A stretch of 64,000 bases of DNA from contig NW_024704870.1 in assembly GCF_018977255.1 (NCBI RefSeq), positions 1-64,000 on the forward strand, given 5' to 3'. The translations under genes were made by a program, and so were the position numbers. Below, in pieces: positions 49,156 to 61,112 of this stretch. How positions within the stretch are numbered: position 1 is the first letter of the stretch; each line of letters begins with the position of its first letter. Source of the DNA: Callorhinchus milii (taxonomy: Eukaryota). The notes beneath the pieces are model-generated. The model had not been told where the DNA came from, did not search any database, and was given only the letters and a program-made list of their open reading frames with translations.

Positions 49156-49518
49156 AATGGTTTGAAGAAACAATTAAAATGTTTCCTGCCATTTAAAAAT
49201 GATCAATCAGTGATATATCTGTAAAGTTCTTTAGTATATTGTCCATGGAGGTCTTTGCATGCTGTCTGTCTTGGTAATAAATTGCTACTTACATGAATCC
49301 AAGAAAAGCTCTTACGTCAGGTTCATACTCACTTACTTTTCCTAAGTATTCTTAAACAATAGTCGTTTCCTGAAGGAAGTGCTATTACACATCATTGTGC
49401 ATCACATACCAGCGAGGAATGTGTATTGAAACATTGAGGAGTTCACATTTTCTGTGATTTTCCTGTGAGTTGATGAAGGGGTTTTTTGTATTGTCGGAAG
49501 CCCTGATACAGCACTGTG

Positions 49519-49801
49519 GTATACACGTATCGAGCTGTACATCTGTAGTCAGCGCTGTCTTCCACTTTCAAATCATTAATTTCCAGAGAAGACGACTTCG
49601 ATCCCGTGTCTGTCTTCACAACAAACCTTCCTTCACGAGGGATGGGATTCCAGTTTGCCCCCTTTCCAAATTGCATAAAAAATTCCATGTTCATGAAACT
49701 ATCATAGTACCCTTCTTCAAAGACACAGCTGATGGTCAAAGCCTCGCATTCTTCTTTCCTAAGAGAGGATGGGGTCTGCTTTACTGAGGCACTGAAAACA
49801 T
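49519..49801 (-). CDS. NAR-type V exon, cassette A (intact), 22-nt-spacer RSS at 49481-49518
   Basis: ASVKQTPSSLRKEECEALTISCVF...GRFVVKTDTGSKSSSLEINDLKVEDSADYRCTARY. IgNAR-like short domain lacking a conventional CDR2, with an extra FR1 Cys. RSS CACAGTG-22-ACAAAAAAC. Confidence 0.92.
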
Positions 49802-50201
49802 CTGAAAATTATACACAGCATAACATCAGTCAAAAACGTCTGCAATGCTGTCCGCTTCTATAACATTTACATCCCAAGCTTTGGCTTGATATTGATTGAT
49901 ATCAATTAACATAATATAATCACGATGTACAATAAATTATAATATCAATTCATATAAATCATTTAATATATAATATAATTATCAGAATATAATTAAAACC
50001 AATTCCCTGTCTAATTCCCGCCACAAACAACGTAGTTATTTCACTTCACAATGTATTCCGAGAAGAACCTTAAAACGTCTCATCGAAGTGATAAAGCAAT
50101 ATATCAATGCAAGGATCATTATTTTAGTTGTTATATCGCACATTGTTAGGATGATATTCACTGGTGCTGTGTAGTGCTGTGTTATGGAAACAAACACTTA
50201 C

Positions 50202-50244
50202 ATTGTAAGAAGAGGAAGGAGATGGAGATACAGAGGAGAGGCAT
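50202..50244 (-). CDS. Leader exon of NAR V, cassette A (MPLLCISISFLFLQ)
   Basis: ATG, hydrophobic core, phase-1 donor GTAAGT, in frame with the V exon. Confidence 0.9.
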
Positions 50245-52324
50245 TCTCTCACCGCTGAGAGATACCGTCAGCCCCGTACACCTCAGAGTGACTGCGAGTA
50301 ACACAGAGCTGTTCTGTGACTGAGAGCAAAAGGCGGAAGACGAGGCTTTTTTGTTGAATTTTGACCACTCAATTAGGAATGAATGGACAACTGACGAGGA
50401 CCCGATAAGAGGAAGTCAATAAACTAACACCGGGAATAGGACAAAGTCTGTGTTATGGGGCTCCTCAACGACATAATAAGGTACTGTTTGAAAATCAAGA
50501 CTTATTATTTATCTGTGGCTTGGCCAATATGTCTGTCTGTCTGTCTGACTGTCTTTCTTTGAAACCTTAGGAACGTTTCCTTTCTCAACACATACATATA
50601 TACACACACATACACACACACTCACACACACACACAACTGTCTATCTGGCTGTAAGTGGGAACCCGCTTGGTTGTTAAATGTTGATTCGCTTGGCATGGG
50701 CAAAAATCCCAGCATCATAATAATAATTTGGTTGCTTAATCCATGACTGCGTGTGGGACGCCGCGTTTTCTAGGCGAAATGCACCAAATGTTTGGCGCGT
50801 TTTGCCCACCAAACATACAGTCACTACGCTTTACTATGTATGATGTGAAGCGCTTTGTGATTGTATGGATGACATGATGAGGCGTTGTATAAAATGCAAG
50901 GAGTGTTATTATAATTAATTATTTTCTCAAACGTTGCTATCCTTGAACATTGACCTGATTTAAAGGGTGTGAGAAGAAGCTGATTACTGATGTTATCAGT
51001 AGTTTGGGATGAGATCTTCTCTTGAACTATGGACTTGGAGGGCAAAGCAGTTTGGCAGTGTGTGTGAGCTATAGGCAGTAGTTTTATCATTGGAGCCAGT
51101 TTTCGCTATCTATCATGCTAACGCTTGCACAATATATGGATCGATTTCATGACCCAAACCTTTTCACAAATTATATTGAATAGTTGATTGACTTTACATA
51201 TTGTTGGTAAATTGAATCGGATAATTGTGCGTAGCAGTGTCCCACAGTGAGTCGTGGATTGAGGGACGGAATTCACATTTTACTTATGTATTTACGGACA
51301 TTTTAAGTAAAATAATATATTTGGATTATTGACCCCCCGGTAAGCGATCTGCCAATGGACTGACAAGTATGTTCCAACTTACTGTTAGTTAAACGAAGGC
51401 GTGTATGGAGACAGGAATCTTACCTGGGAAACCAATCCTGCACGACCCAAGTCCTCTGACTTCCTCTAACCATTAATCTACAGGACACCGCATTACTTAC
51501 ATTGCTAAGTGCTTAAGAGGAGTGCTCCCGATGTGTAATCCGCTGTATAAGAGTCAGTATTATTATATTGCTGATGGCGGCACCTAATGGTGATTCAGAA
51601 GAATGTCAGTGTCTGTGTTGTCTCGGGATGAGTTTATTGGTGAAACATGCAAATTGGTTTAGATTTACCCGGGTACCCATTGAGAGCAGACACGAAGCCG
51701 TGCACCATCAGCATTCCTCTCTGATAAACACACTCCATCTGAGCAACCACCTCTTCAACCACCGCTTCCCAACGTGTTTCCTTCTTTTTCCCAGGAAGTT
51801 CCCCAGCTACCCACCGCCCAAGCTTCCACCCCCTCCTCCCAGCTCACCATGTACAGGTCGCAAGCTGCCCAGCTCTTACCACAAGCTCTCACCCCCTCCA
51901 AAACTCCAACCCATCCAACCCACCAATGATATGGAATTCCCTCTTCTTCCTTACAGTCAAACGAACAATATTCAACAACAACTACAAAAACAACTTGGAT
52001 TTATATAGGGCCCTCCATTCCGGAGGACGTCTCAAATTTTCGAAATGGGTTGGTATTGTTGCATTTTCAGAGCACAGTTAATCAACAGAAGCGTGGACTG
52101 CTGCAGCTAACTGCCTATCAACTTGACTCTCAGCAGTTACTGTGACACACAGTTAGGAGGATCTTCAGCAGACAGACTGAATTGTGGTAGATGTGGCTTC
52201 CCCTGAAGCTCGCTGCACACAAAGATTGAGTCTGAACACGCACAGGGTTGATCAGATAGCCAGACCAAGCTCAGAATGCCAGTTTAGTTATTGTACGAGG
52301 CTGTGGTTGGTTCCCATCACTGTG

Positions 52325-52642
52325 AGGATATAGGGAGAGACAGCAAAGTGATACACAGCGCTGTCAGACACCAGCAGCTCAGAGATGGATAATCTGGTGA
52401 CAGATTGGGAAGCGTCAAGCTGAGAAGTGAAACGATTTCCAATTCCATCTCCTTTCCTTTCCTCTTCGTAACGTGAATATTTTCGCACTATAAATTGTGG
52501 CTGTTTGTCTGGGTAATGTCGGTACCAGAACAGATAGTAATCGCTTTCAGTCGTGGAATAGGTACATTCAAAAGTCACGGTTCTCCCACTTTCTTAAACA
52601 TCACGGCACCTTTCTGACTGACAGGGTCCCCACGGCAGAGTT
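52325..52642 (-). pseudogene. TCR alpha/delta V pseudogene (leader at 53285-53330, 23-RSS at 52286-52324)
   Basis: VTFECTYS..YYLFWYRHYP...RF...DSAVYHF. 1-nt deletion in FR1 (~52580) and Cys104 TGT>TTT (52345-52347). RSS CACAGTG-23-ACAATAACT. Confidence 0.9.
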
Positions 52643-53284
52643 CTGTAATAAACATGGAAGATAACGACGTTATATTATTAAAAATTGCCTGAATTAATTT
52701 CTCAGCGCCTTTTGACGTTATCTGATGAGAAAGAGTCCATGTAGACTTCAATTGTAATGAAGTAACAGTAATAATCGCTGTGTTTAACATATCGGATTAT
52801 CGCATTGTTGGGAATTCTGAAAGCGCTGCACACAATATTACTGTAAAGTGAATTGCTGAGTATTTTTATTGGCGAAAGGCAGCAGCCATTGCGCACAGGA
52901 GTGTCCCACAATTAGACGTGGACTGGGTTGTCATATTTTATTTTTAATTCTGTGAGGCCTTTATTATCCGCGGTAAAGCGATCCGCCAATCCAGTAAAAA
53001 GGTTTGAGAAATTATCACCAATTGGAAGTTATTATTAGCACATTGTGTTCAAAGGGTACTGAAGGAATCAGTGTCGTTCTTGTTAATAGATGACCACAGA
53101 CTTGTGACTGGAGTATCAAATTTGACAAAGGTTTAGTCGTGTCCTGTCCGGGAATCGAACCCACGTCCTCTCACTTGAGAGTCGAGTGCTGTAACTACTG
53201 AGCTACAGACTTCCCTCCAACAAATGTTGTTGTAATGGAGCTCACCATCAGCAGCAATACGGAATCAGCTCAACAGGGCCTCAC

Positions 53285-53330
53285 CTGACATGAAGGTTCC
53301 CAGCACCAGACAGACAGCAAACAGCCTCAT
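53285..53330 (-). pseudogene. Leader exon of the 52.3 kb V pseudogene (MRLFAVCLVLGTFMS)
   Basis: ATG, hydrophobic, phase-1 donor GTGAGG. Confidence 0.85.
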
Positions 53331-54135
53331 TGCTGCTCTTCAGTCTGTGTGGTGGTGTCTGTGGCATCAGTTTGCTGATAACCCGCAGTGATTGTCGGCA
53401 TTGGCGGAGCCACAGTCTCACGTCACCTCATTGGCATCTCAGCCGCGTTTCAATACAGTATCCAATTGCTTTCAGAAAGCGGTTTTCACCAGTCACAGGG
53501 GAAGGGAATCCTCCCTTCAGCTCCTGGTAACAACGAAGGCCATAGCCCTAACTAGTAGACTGATCATCAAAATAAAATAACAATAATCGTTCAATTTGAT
53601 GTAGGATATTATCACATTTTCCAGAAGACCGAAAGCGTTTCACATAATCTATTACATAGTGTAGTGACTTTGTATTTTGTGAGCGTATCAAGGCATACGA
53701 TTGCGCACAGCAGTGTACAATAGATAGACGTGGATTGAGTGACCAAATTGTTTACCCCTTATTAATCTTTTAAGGGAAATATTAACGGCGGAATAGGAAT
53801 CCGCCAGTCAGGTTCATATCTACTGCTCGCTAAACGGCGGTTTGTGCAGTAAGGAAACTTGCCCAACATTTCGCCCTATCGGGAATCGAACACCTGTCCC
53901 TCGCATGCGAGGTATGTGCTCTAACCACGGTTATTGCATAAACAGTTGAGTTCATGGGATCATTGAGTTGGTTGTTTGACAGTCAGATGAGCCGTCAATG
54001 TAATGTTCTCTTTGTGTCTCTGTCTGGTTTCCTTTCCTACAGGCAATCGCTGCTGCGGCCTAGAGAGACAGAAGCACAAACCCACTAAACGCTGATAGTT
54101 TTTGTACGAGTCTCTGTCTTGTTCCCATCACTGTG

Positions 54136-54443
54136 TGGTTGGAGAGCACAGTAATACACAGCGCTGTCAGACAGCTCCAACAGGGAGATGGTTAAACTGC
54201 TGAATTTTGTCGAGGTTTGGAGCTCAATAGAGAACCGCTTTTTAGCAAAGTCTGCTTTATCTGTATAACCACCCGAATACTTTTGAAGCACATACTGTAG
54301 TTGTGTTTCTTGTTGTTCCCGATACCAGTTTAAATAGTAGCTGCTCAGAGACGTATCATAATGACATTCCATGGTCACACTTCCTCCTTCTTTCCCAATC
54401 ACTGAAGCCACCTTCTGTGTCACAGCGTCTCCCTGGGTCAGGC
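54136..54443 (-). CDS. Intact conventional TCR alpha/delta V exon, 23-RSS at 54097-54135
   Basis: GDAVTQKV..GKEGGSVTMECHYDT..YYLNWYRE...RFSIEL...LSDSAVYYCALQP. Acceptor ttgtcttccAG, RSS CACAGTG-23-ACAAAAACT. Confidence 0.93.
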
Positions 54444-54458
54444 CTGGAAGACAAGACC

Positions 54459-54540
54459 GTGGAGTCCTGTAGCTCAGTGGTTAGAGCGGTCGCCTCGTAA
54501 GAGATACGACCCGGGTTCGATTCTCGGAGAGGACAGGGCA
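54459..54540 (+). mobile_element. Isolated SINE tRNA-like head, abutting an L2/SINE tail on the opposite strand
   Basis: gtggagtcctgtagctcagtggttagagc...gggttcgattc, then (caa)n-gattccatttatagag (reverse-strand tail) at ~54550-54600. Confidence 0.8.
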
Positions 54541-54985
54541 CAATCCTAAGCAACAACAACAACAACAAGATTCCATTTATAGAGCCCCTTTCACGTCATT
54601 TCCTTAACGCACTCTCCTCTGGTTAACCAACGCTAAGTAGAAATCTGTTGGTTAAACAATTAGCTGATCCCTATCCGGGAAGAATATTCCGTTGAAAAAG
54701 AAAATAAAAGACATTTTTGAAATGTAGTCAGTGAATCGTTGATTATTTGGGGGACACTACTGTGCGCAATTGGCTACCGAGTCTCCCTCGCGAAACAGAA
54801 AGTCTCTGCAGTTGACAGTATATTACTTGAAGCGCCTTGAGACTGCTCGAAAACATATTGAAGCGCCATATAAAACGCGATTACAATGATTATTATGTTT
54901 AATAATATGAGCAGAAAAGGAAACCGATTCAGTTAAATGATTTTAAAAAATAACTGAAAGATGTATAATTCTTATAATAAATTAC

Positions 54986-55037
54986 CTATTAAAATGGCAG
55001 CGAGAACCAGACACAAACTGGTTCCCTCCAACCCCAT
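54986..55037 (-). CDS. Leader exon of the 54.1 kb V (MGLEGTSLCLVLAAILI)
   Basis: ATG, hydrophobic core, phase-1 donor GTAATT, in frame with the V exon. Confidence 0.88.
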
Positions 55038-57459
55038 CACTTACTCCACAACTGAGCTCTTGAGTGGATAAGTTATTGGTGTTGATCGTAGGAGTATGGC
55101 TTTGAGTCTGGTTGGCACTTGATCGCTATGACCTCAGTTCCTAATCAAGTGACGCGAGCATCGTCTGCTCAACGTTGGAGGGAAGTTAAAGTGTCACAGT
55201 TTATCTTCTGGGGGGAAGTAAGAGTGAATTTCCTTCGAGCCCATTCAATTTAGTGACAGGCTTGACACAGAAAGGAAGACCAGATTTGTTGGTTTCCATG
55301 ATATCACAGAGGTAGGATTGTAAATAACCAAATAGGGATTTAAAGGTGAGTGTGAGGATCTTGAATTCGGTCTGAGGCGGTTGAATTCGCTGGCGAATGG
55401 GAGCGAGTAGATTTGGATAGGTTCAGATCAAAAACTAACGTAATCGTGTGTGAAAGTAACAGAACATACAGATTTTTGGATAGTATGCAATTTGTGAAGG
55501 GAAGGGGCAGGTTATTGAGTAAGCAGACACTTTGTGTAATCTTGCCTGGACATGATCAACGCAAGAATTTAGATGTAAAATCAAGGAAACCAGCAGCCGA
55601 GCCTGAAAGAATAAATGTTCGCCTTCCATCATCTGAGGTGAATTACTTTTAGTTGTACGTTCTCTTATCTGTCAGAATGTTTTTGGTTCAGGATTCAAGT
55701 TGACAATTTGAGATCAAATTCTAGATTGAAATTCAAATTCATGAAACAATAATTCTTCATAAACTGTCATTCATGACAGCCGTTGCTCCCGTATCATAAT
55801 GGAAACTAAAAGAGTAATTCGCAATCATTTTGCCAAAAGTCCCATGCGATCATTATCTTCCACGTGAACAGACAAGTCAGTACCTCAGTCGAATAACAAT
55901 AACAAACCTTTCATTTGATAAAGCACATTATCTCGTGTTAAAGACGTCTTAAAGAGCTACATTGAAAATATTGTAAAGTGAATTCATGGTACGTTTTGCG
56001 TCATCCAAGAATTGAATTTTTTTTATCTTTTATTTGAAGGATTTATTACCGACCCGGAAAAGTGATACAAAACGTTGGAAGGCCGCCGGATATAATTCTC
56101 TCTTCCAAATGATGCTCGACTTCAAAATACTCCGCTTCAAATCCCCTTCTGGATTAAAGATGACAATTTGCAAATGCTTAAATTTAGCTGGCAGCCTTCT
56201 ATGATTTCTTGATCAGTTGGACATTAATAGGAAAGTGTCGCCCTCTGAAGGCTAATGTGCCACAATTCATCACTGCTTCATATTTCATGGCAAACTTGAA
56301 GTAAAGCAGTGATTGTAATAATAATGTGTTGAGGTTCCCAGTGGCTTATATTACTGAGGCTCAGAGTACAGTAACACTCCCCGCTGTCAGACACTGTGAG
56401 ACCACAGATACTGAAGCCCCCCCTCCCACACACCAAATCCTCGCCTCACAATTATGTTGATCTGTTCTGAGCCCCAAAGGGCATTTTTTCATTATAATAG
56501 TTTACATTGCAACACAGAATTGAGCCAATCTTGCCAACGGCAATTGTACATTGTTGTACTTGCGGACTATTTAACCAGTAATAAATAGGAATCCGTTGTT
56601 ATTCGATTGACGAACCACATTCCGGGTTAATAATCTCTCCGAAAGGTGTTGGTCACTGCTCTCCACCAATCGACTAACAGATGAGTTCGTACTTACTGCT
56701 TTTTAAACAGAGGTGTGTGGAATAAGGAAACTTGCCCATCGTTTCCCCGTGAGTCGAAACAGGTCTCTCACTGTCGAGGTGAGTGTTCTAACCACTGAGC
56801 TACCGGACTTCGCAGAAATAAACTTTGAATCAATATTGGTCATTGATTGGAACATTGGCACATTGAAATACCGAACATTTGTTTGTCAATCTGAAACTTT
56901 AGGAAACCCATCGCCAAGCTATAGAGACTCCAAATATCGCTACCTCCCATCTCCTCATGGAAATCACTGAAATAGTCTTTTTGAATGGAATGAGCATTCT
57001 CCTCCCTTATGGAACTGTGCAGTTTAGCTAAATCCGTCAATGATTAGCCACAAGTTGGCGAGAACCAAGGCTTGAGGACACCACATTACGCTTTGGGGTA
57101 ACTGTTGCTGTATAACCAGCTAATGCCACATAGTTTCCCGTTCACACCGCCAATTCGCAGCAACTTCTTTTCGCAGTATATTTTGTGAAGCCGTTTGAGA
57201 CATCTCGAAGTCGCGATAAGGCGCTACATGAAATGTAAGATTCACTGTTAATTCGTTCACTCTTTCCCTACACGAACTGTTCCATCACATTTTGCTTGTG
57301 GTTGGCAATCAGCCGCGTGTTTCCTCTGAGAGACACAGGAGCAAAGTAAAAAATGTGAATTAGGTCAACTGTCAGCATTAACATCTGTGCTGAGATGAGA
57401 CCCTTTCTCTCCTCTTTGGAGGTTTATGCACAGTGATGTAGTCTGACAGTAACACTGTG

Positions 57460-57766
57460 TGTGTGATGGCACAGTAATGTTTGACCATGTCAGGTAGAGC
57501 CACGGGGAACACAAATAGAGTGGATCTCTTCCTGCCCATGTACAGATTTGGCTTTAAACTTTGCGTTGCAAATTCAGCAATGAATATATCCCCCTCAGAA
57601 TCATGTCTCCTTGTGTACAGAGGAGGTTCGCTTGGATACTGACGGTACCAGAATATTAAAACATTGGTGGAATCAGCAGAGAAGGTGCAGCTCAGGGTTA
57701 CAGTCTGTACTTCAGTAACAGACATTTCAACCTCTGATGGATCAACACCGACTCCATCTCCTGTCC
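57460..57766 (-). other. Divergent TCR V segment with open frame (ORF class, no recognisable leader), 23-RSS at 57421-57459
   Basis: TVTLSCTF..LIFWYRQYPSEPP...DMVKHYCAIT. Acceptor ggctatAG, RSS CACAGTG-23-GCATAAACC. FR3 is atypical. Confidence 0.8.
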
Positions 57767-58904
57767 CTATAGCCAGAGCAAACATGTTTATCAGTGTCAT
57801 ACAAAGCCCGGAGGTAAATCCACTAATTGTTTCAAGGGTTAGGGAGAAAGATTTAACATCATGCACAATAAACGTGAATGTAACATCGCAAAGGAATTAA
57901 CAGCGCAAATGTGCTGCCCTGTTAACCACAAAGCACATAGCAACTCAAATTTGCAATCAAAATATGTGAAGAGCTTTAAGTTATACTCTATACCGACAAA
58001 CATATAAGGACTGTTGTTCCTTCATCTCCAGGATTTATTTTCTATGCTGGGTTGTCAAAACATCAGCCTTGTGCTCCAACTTAGGTCAAGTAATACCCAT
58101 TGATTATCTTGACTTCATCTGCTGCAAGTAACATAATAGCAATGATTGCATTTGATGGAGTGATTGTACATTTTCATCTGGAGCGCACACCTGTGTCCTG
58201 CAAAAACAGTCGTGGATCAAGAAACAAAACTATTATTTGCCAATTAGTTTTGTAGTTGTCATTACCCCAGATAATAATTTGACAGTCGACCAGCAAACGC
58301 GTTCTCACGTACTGCAAGAAAAACAGAGGCGCGAGTATGGAGTAAAGAAACTTGACCTACTTTTCGCACTGCCTGGGATTCGAACCCATGTCCTCTCACT
58401 AACGATTAAGGTACACGTCTCCACTGACATTAAAATATCACTTTAAAACAAATCAGTGTGAAAATATATGTAACAGCATTTCAAGTGCCCGCTGTAACAA
58501 ACAAAAAATTGGATTAGGCATTTTTACTGCAAAATATACAGTCAATTCAATTTAAAGAATAATCTGAGAAGCGCATTGAGAAGTCTCAATGAAGTGCTGC
58601 GACTAAAAGTCAAATGGAAAGATTATTTTAATTGTTATTTTCTTTTTATTACTATTATTATTAACATGTAAAACTTCCAAAAACATTTATCACAATCTTC
58701 TCTCTGTTGGTGAAGAACATCTCAACTATACAGTAAGAAAACTATCACATATTTTAGCTGACTTGACAAACCTCAACAAGATGTGAGCTATGGTGGCATT
58801 TGGCAGAAGGTTTGTTACATTCTCTGTCGCTAACTGTACTGTTTCCCAGCTTTGGTTGTGATGAGGGTTATTGTACGAGGCTTCCTATGATGTGTATCAC
58901 TGTG

Positions 58905-59206
58905 GTGCAGACTGAGTGCACAGTGATACATAGCGGAGTCTGTCAGCCGCAGGTCGGCGATGGTTAAAACGCTGATTTTCTTGGCAGTGTCAAGAGAAGC
59001 AGAAATATGATCTCCAGTGGGGTTTCCTCCCTCTCCTGAGGGTTTTCTGTGGAGCAGGTATTTCAGTTCCTCGCCAGGGGACTGACGGTACCAGGAGACG
59101 CTGAAATCCTGTCCGCAGAATCCTGAATATTGGCAATGTAAATTTATCCTCTCACCAGCAAAAGCAGTTTGTTCAGGCGGTGACTGGGAAACTGTATAAC
59201 TGGATC
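58905..59206 (-). CDS. Leaderless supporting TCR Vdelta of NAR-TCR cassette B (intact), 23-RSS at 58866-58904
   Basis: Near-identical to 47943-48244, including the CDR1 Cys (HCQYSGFCG). Acceptor gtcccgcAG, RSS CACAGTG-23-ACAATAACC. Confidence 0.92.
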
Positions 59207-59231
59207 CTGCGGGACGCAAATTACAGTTTAC

Positions 59232-59790
59232 TTAGAGTCATGGAATCATTGAATCTTTCAGCACAAAAAGAGGCCATTCAGCCCATCGTGTCTGTGAAAA
59301 GAGCTTTGAAAAAAGCCAACCAATATAATCCCGCTCTCTCGCATGAACACATAGAACTTTATAATTCCTTTTGATGCATCCAGCCAATTCCATACTGAAA
59401 TTATCTTTCGAATCTGTTTCCACCACCCGTTGAGGCAGCACATTGCATTCAATAGGAATTTTCAGTGAAAATAAATCCTTCTGCTCTCCCCTCTTGTTCT
59501 TTTACCACTTATCATACATTTGGGTTCATTGGTGACTGAACCACTTGCCAGTGGAAGCATGTTATCCTTCTCTGCTCTATCAAAAACACTCACAGCTCTG
59601 AACACTTCATCTAAATCTCCGCTAAACCTTCGATGCTCTCAGGAGAAGATTGCCAGATTCTTCATACAAACTAATTCCCTCTGTCTTGGTATCATTTTGC
59701 TAAATGGCCTTTGCACCCTGTCCAAGGCCTTCACGCATGTGTCCGTGAAAGGTACAAAGACAATTGTAGGATTAATGTTACATCAACAGT
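59232..59790 (-). mobile_element. CR1-type LINE 3' fragment
   Basis: agagtcatggaatcattgaatc...gaggccattcagcccatc resembles a reverse-strand CR1 tail. A similar piece lies at ~48285-48600. Confidence 0.55.
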
Positions 59791-60189
59791 GGAAGGAGCA
59801 ATGGGATGTATTAAAATAGGCATTTCTTGTAGCTGAGCCATGTTTTATTGCAGACGCAAACCTTATTTCTATGACTGTATACCATTGATATGATCTCTCA
59901 TAAATGAACCGTTTAATTAAGGTTTGTTTCTCTAATCTTATATTTGTTTGCTGTTGCGGTTTGTCGACATTGAGGCTTTGGGTGTCTGCGATCATGGGAA
60001 TGTTTAGCAGAGAATCAGGTGTCAGGTTGTACCGTTAACTTCAGCGCGTTTACAGTTGAAGCAAATGGAAAGCTTCTCTGCTGTAAATATCGTTACTTTA
60101 ACATCGCTGCTGAGGAGATTTATTCTCTGGTTTGTTGCCAATATCAGTTTCCCTCTCAGTCTGTGGGCTGCTCATTGCAGTTTCACTTG

Positions 60190-60535
60190 NNNNNNNNNNN
60201 NNNNNNNNNNNNNNNNNNNNNNNNNNNNNNNNNNNNNNNNNNNNNNNNNNNNNNNNNNNNNNNNNNNNNNNNNNNNNNNNNNNNNNNNNNNNNNNNNNNN
60301 NNNNNNNNNNNNNNNNNNNNNNNNNNNNNNNNNNNNNNNNNNNNNNNNNNNNNNNNNNNNNNNNNNNNNNNNNNNNNNNNNNNNNNNNNNNNNNNNNNNN
60401 NNNNNNNNNNNNNNNNNNNNNNNNNNNNNNNNNNNNNNNNNNNNNNNNNNNNNNNNNNNNNNNNNNNNNNNNNNNNNNNNNNNNNNNNNNNNNNNNNNNN
60501 NNNNNNNNNNNNNNNNNNNNNNNNNNNNNNNNNNN
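60190..60535. other. Assembly gap (346 N) in the J to supporting-V intron of cassette B
   Basis: Run of N. Confidence 1.
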
Positions 60536-61056
60536 CTTTCTTTCTTTCGTTCTGTCCCTCTTTCTTTCTTTCTGTCCCTCTTTCTGTCTAATTCTTTTTT
60601 CATTCTTTCTTCAAATGTCATGGCTTACATTTTCGCAACATGCAGTGTTTTTGCAGGCTTGCATATTGACTTGCTTGTTGGTGTAGAATAAAGCAGAATT
60701 ACCTGGGATCTCTCAGCGAATATGGAGAGAGGAAAGTGTGTTAACGTTTCAGGTGGATGAACTTGATTCAGAAATTTAGACCCCACTTTTCGGGAGAACA
60801 GAGGAGGTTATTGATGATAATACATCATTTTACCCAGCTCAAGTACAAATTCATTACCCAATTAATATCAATTTACTCTGGTCATGTTCCTTTGGAACTA
60901 CTATGCAATCCAAATCAGTGACTTTCAAAACATGGAAATAAAAGTTGGTCATTTGAGAAACAAACCTTGATGTAGTATTCGGTTAGAATAATGTTTTTTG
61001 ACAAACTCACGTGAATAAACTTTTATGTTAATTCGTTAGAAATGTTTCGCACTTAC

Positions 61057-61112
61057 TTTTCGTTACAGTTACTTTGGTTCCTGATCCATCTTCTGTATAT
61101 TCCTTATAATAA
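61057..61112 (-). CDS. NAR-TCR J segment, cassette B (YYKEYTEDGSGTKVTVTK), 23-RSS at 61113-61151
   Basis: RSS CACAGTG-23-GCAAAAACT, GxGT motif, phase-1 donor GTAAGT. Confidence 0.92.

Noticed and set aside
49160-49480. Second D segment between NAR V and D
   Set aside because: Heptamer-like CATTGTG at ~49393 has no matching nonamers; only one D per cassette is supported.
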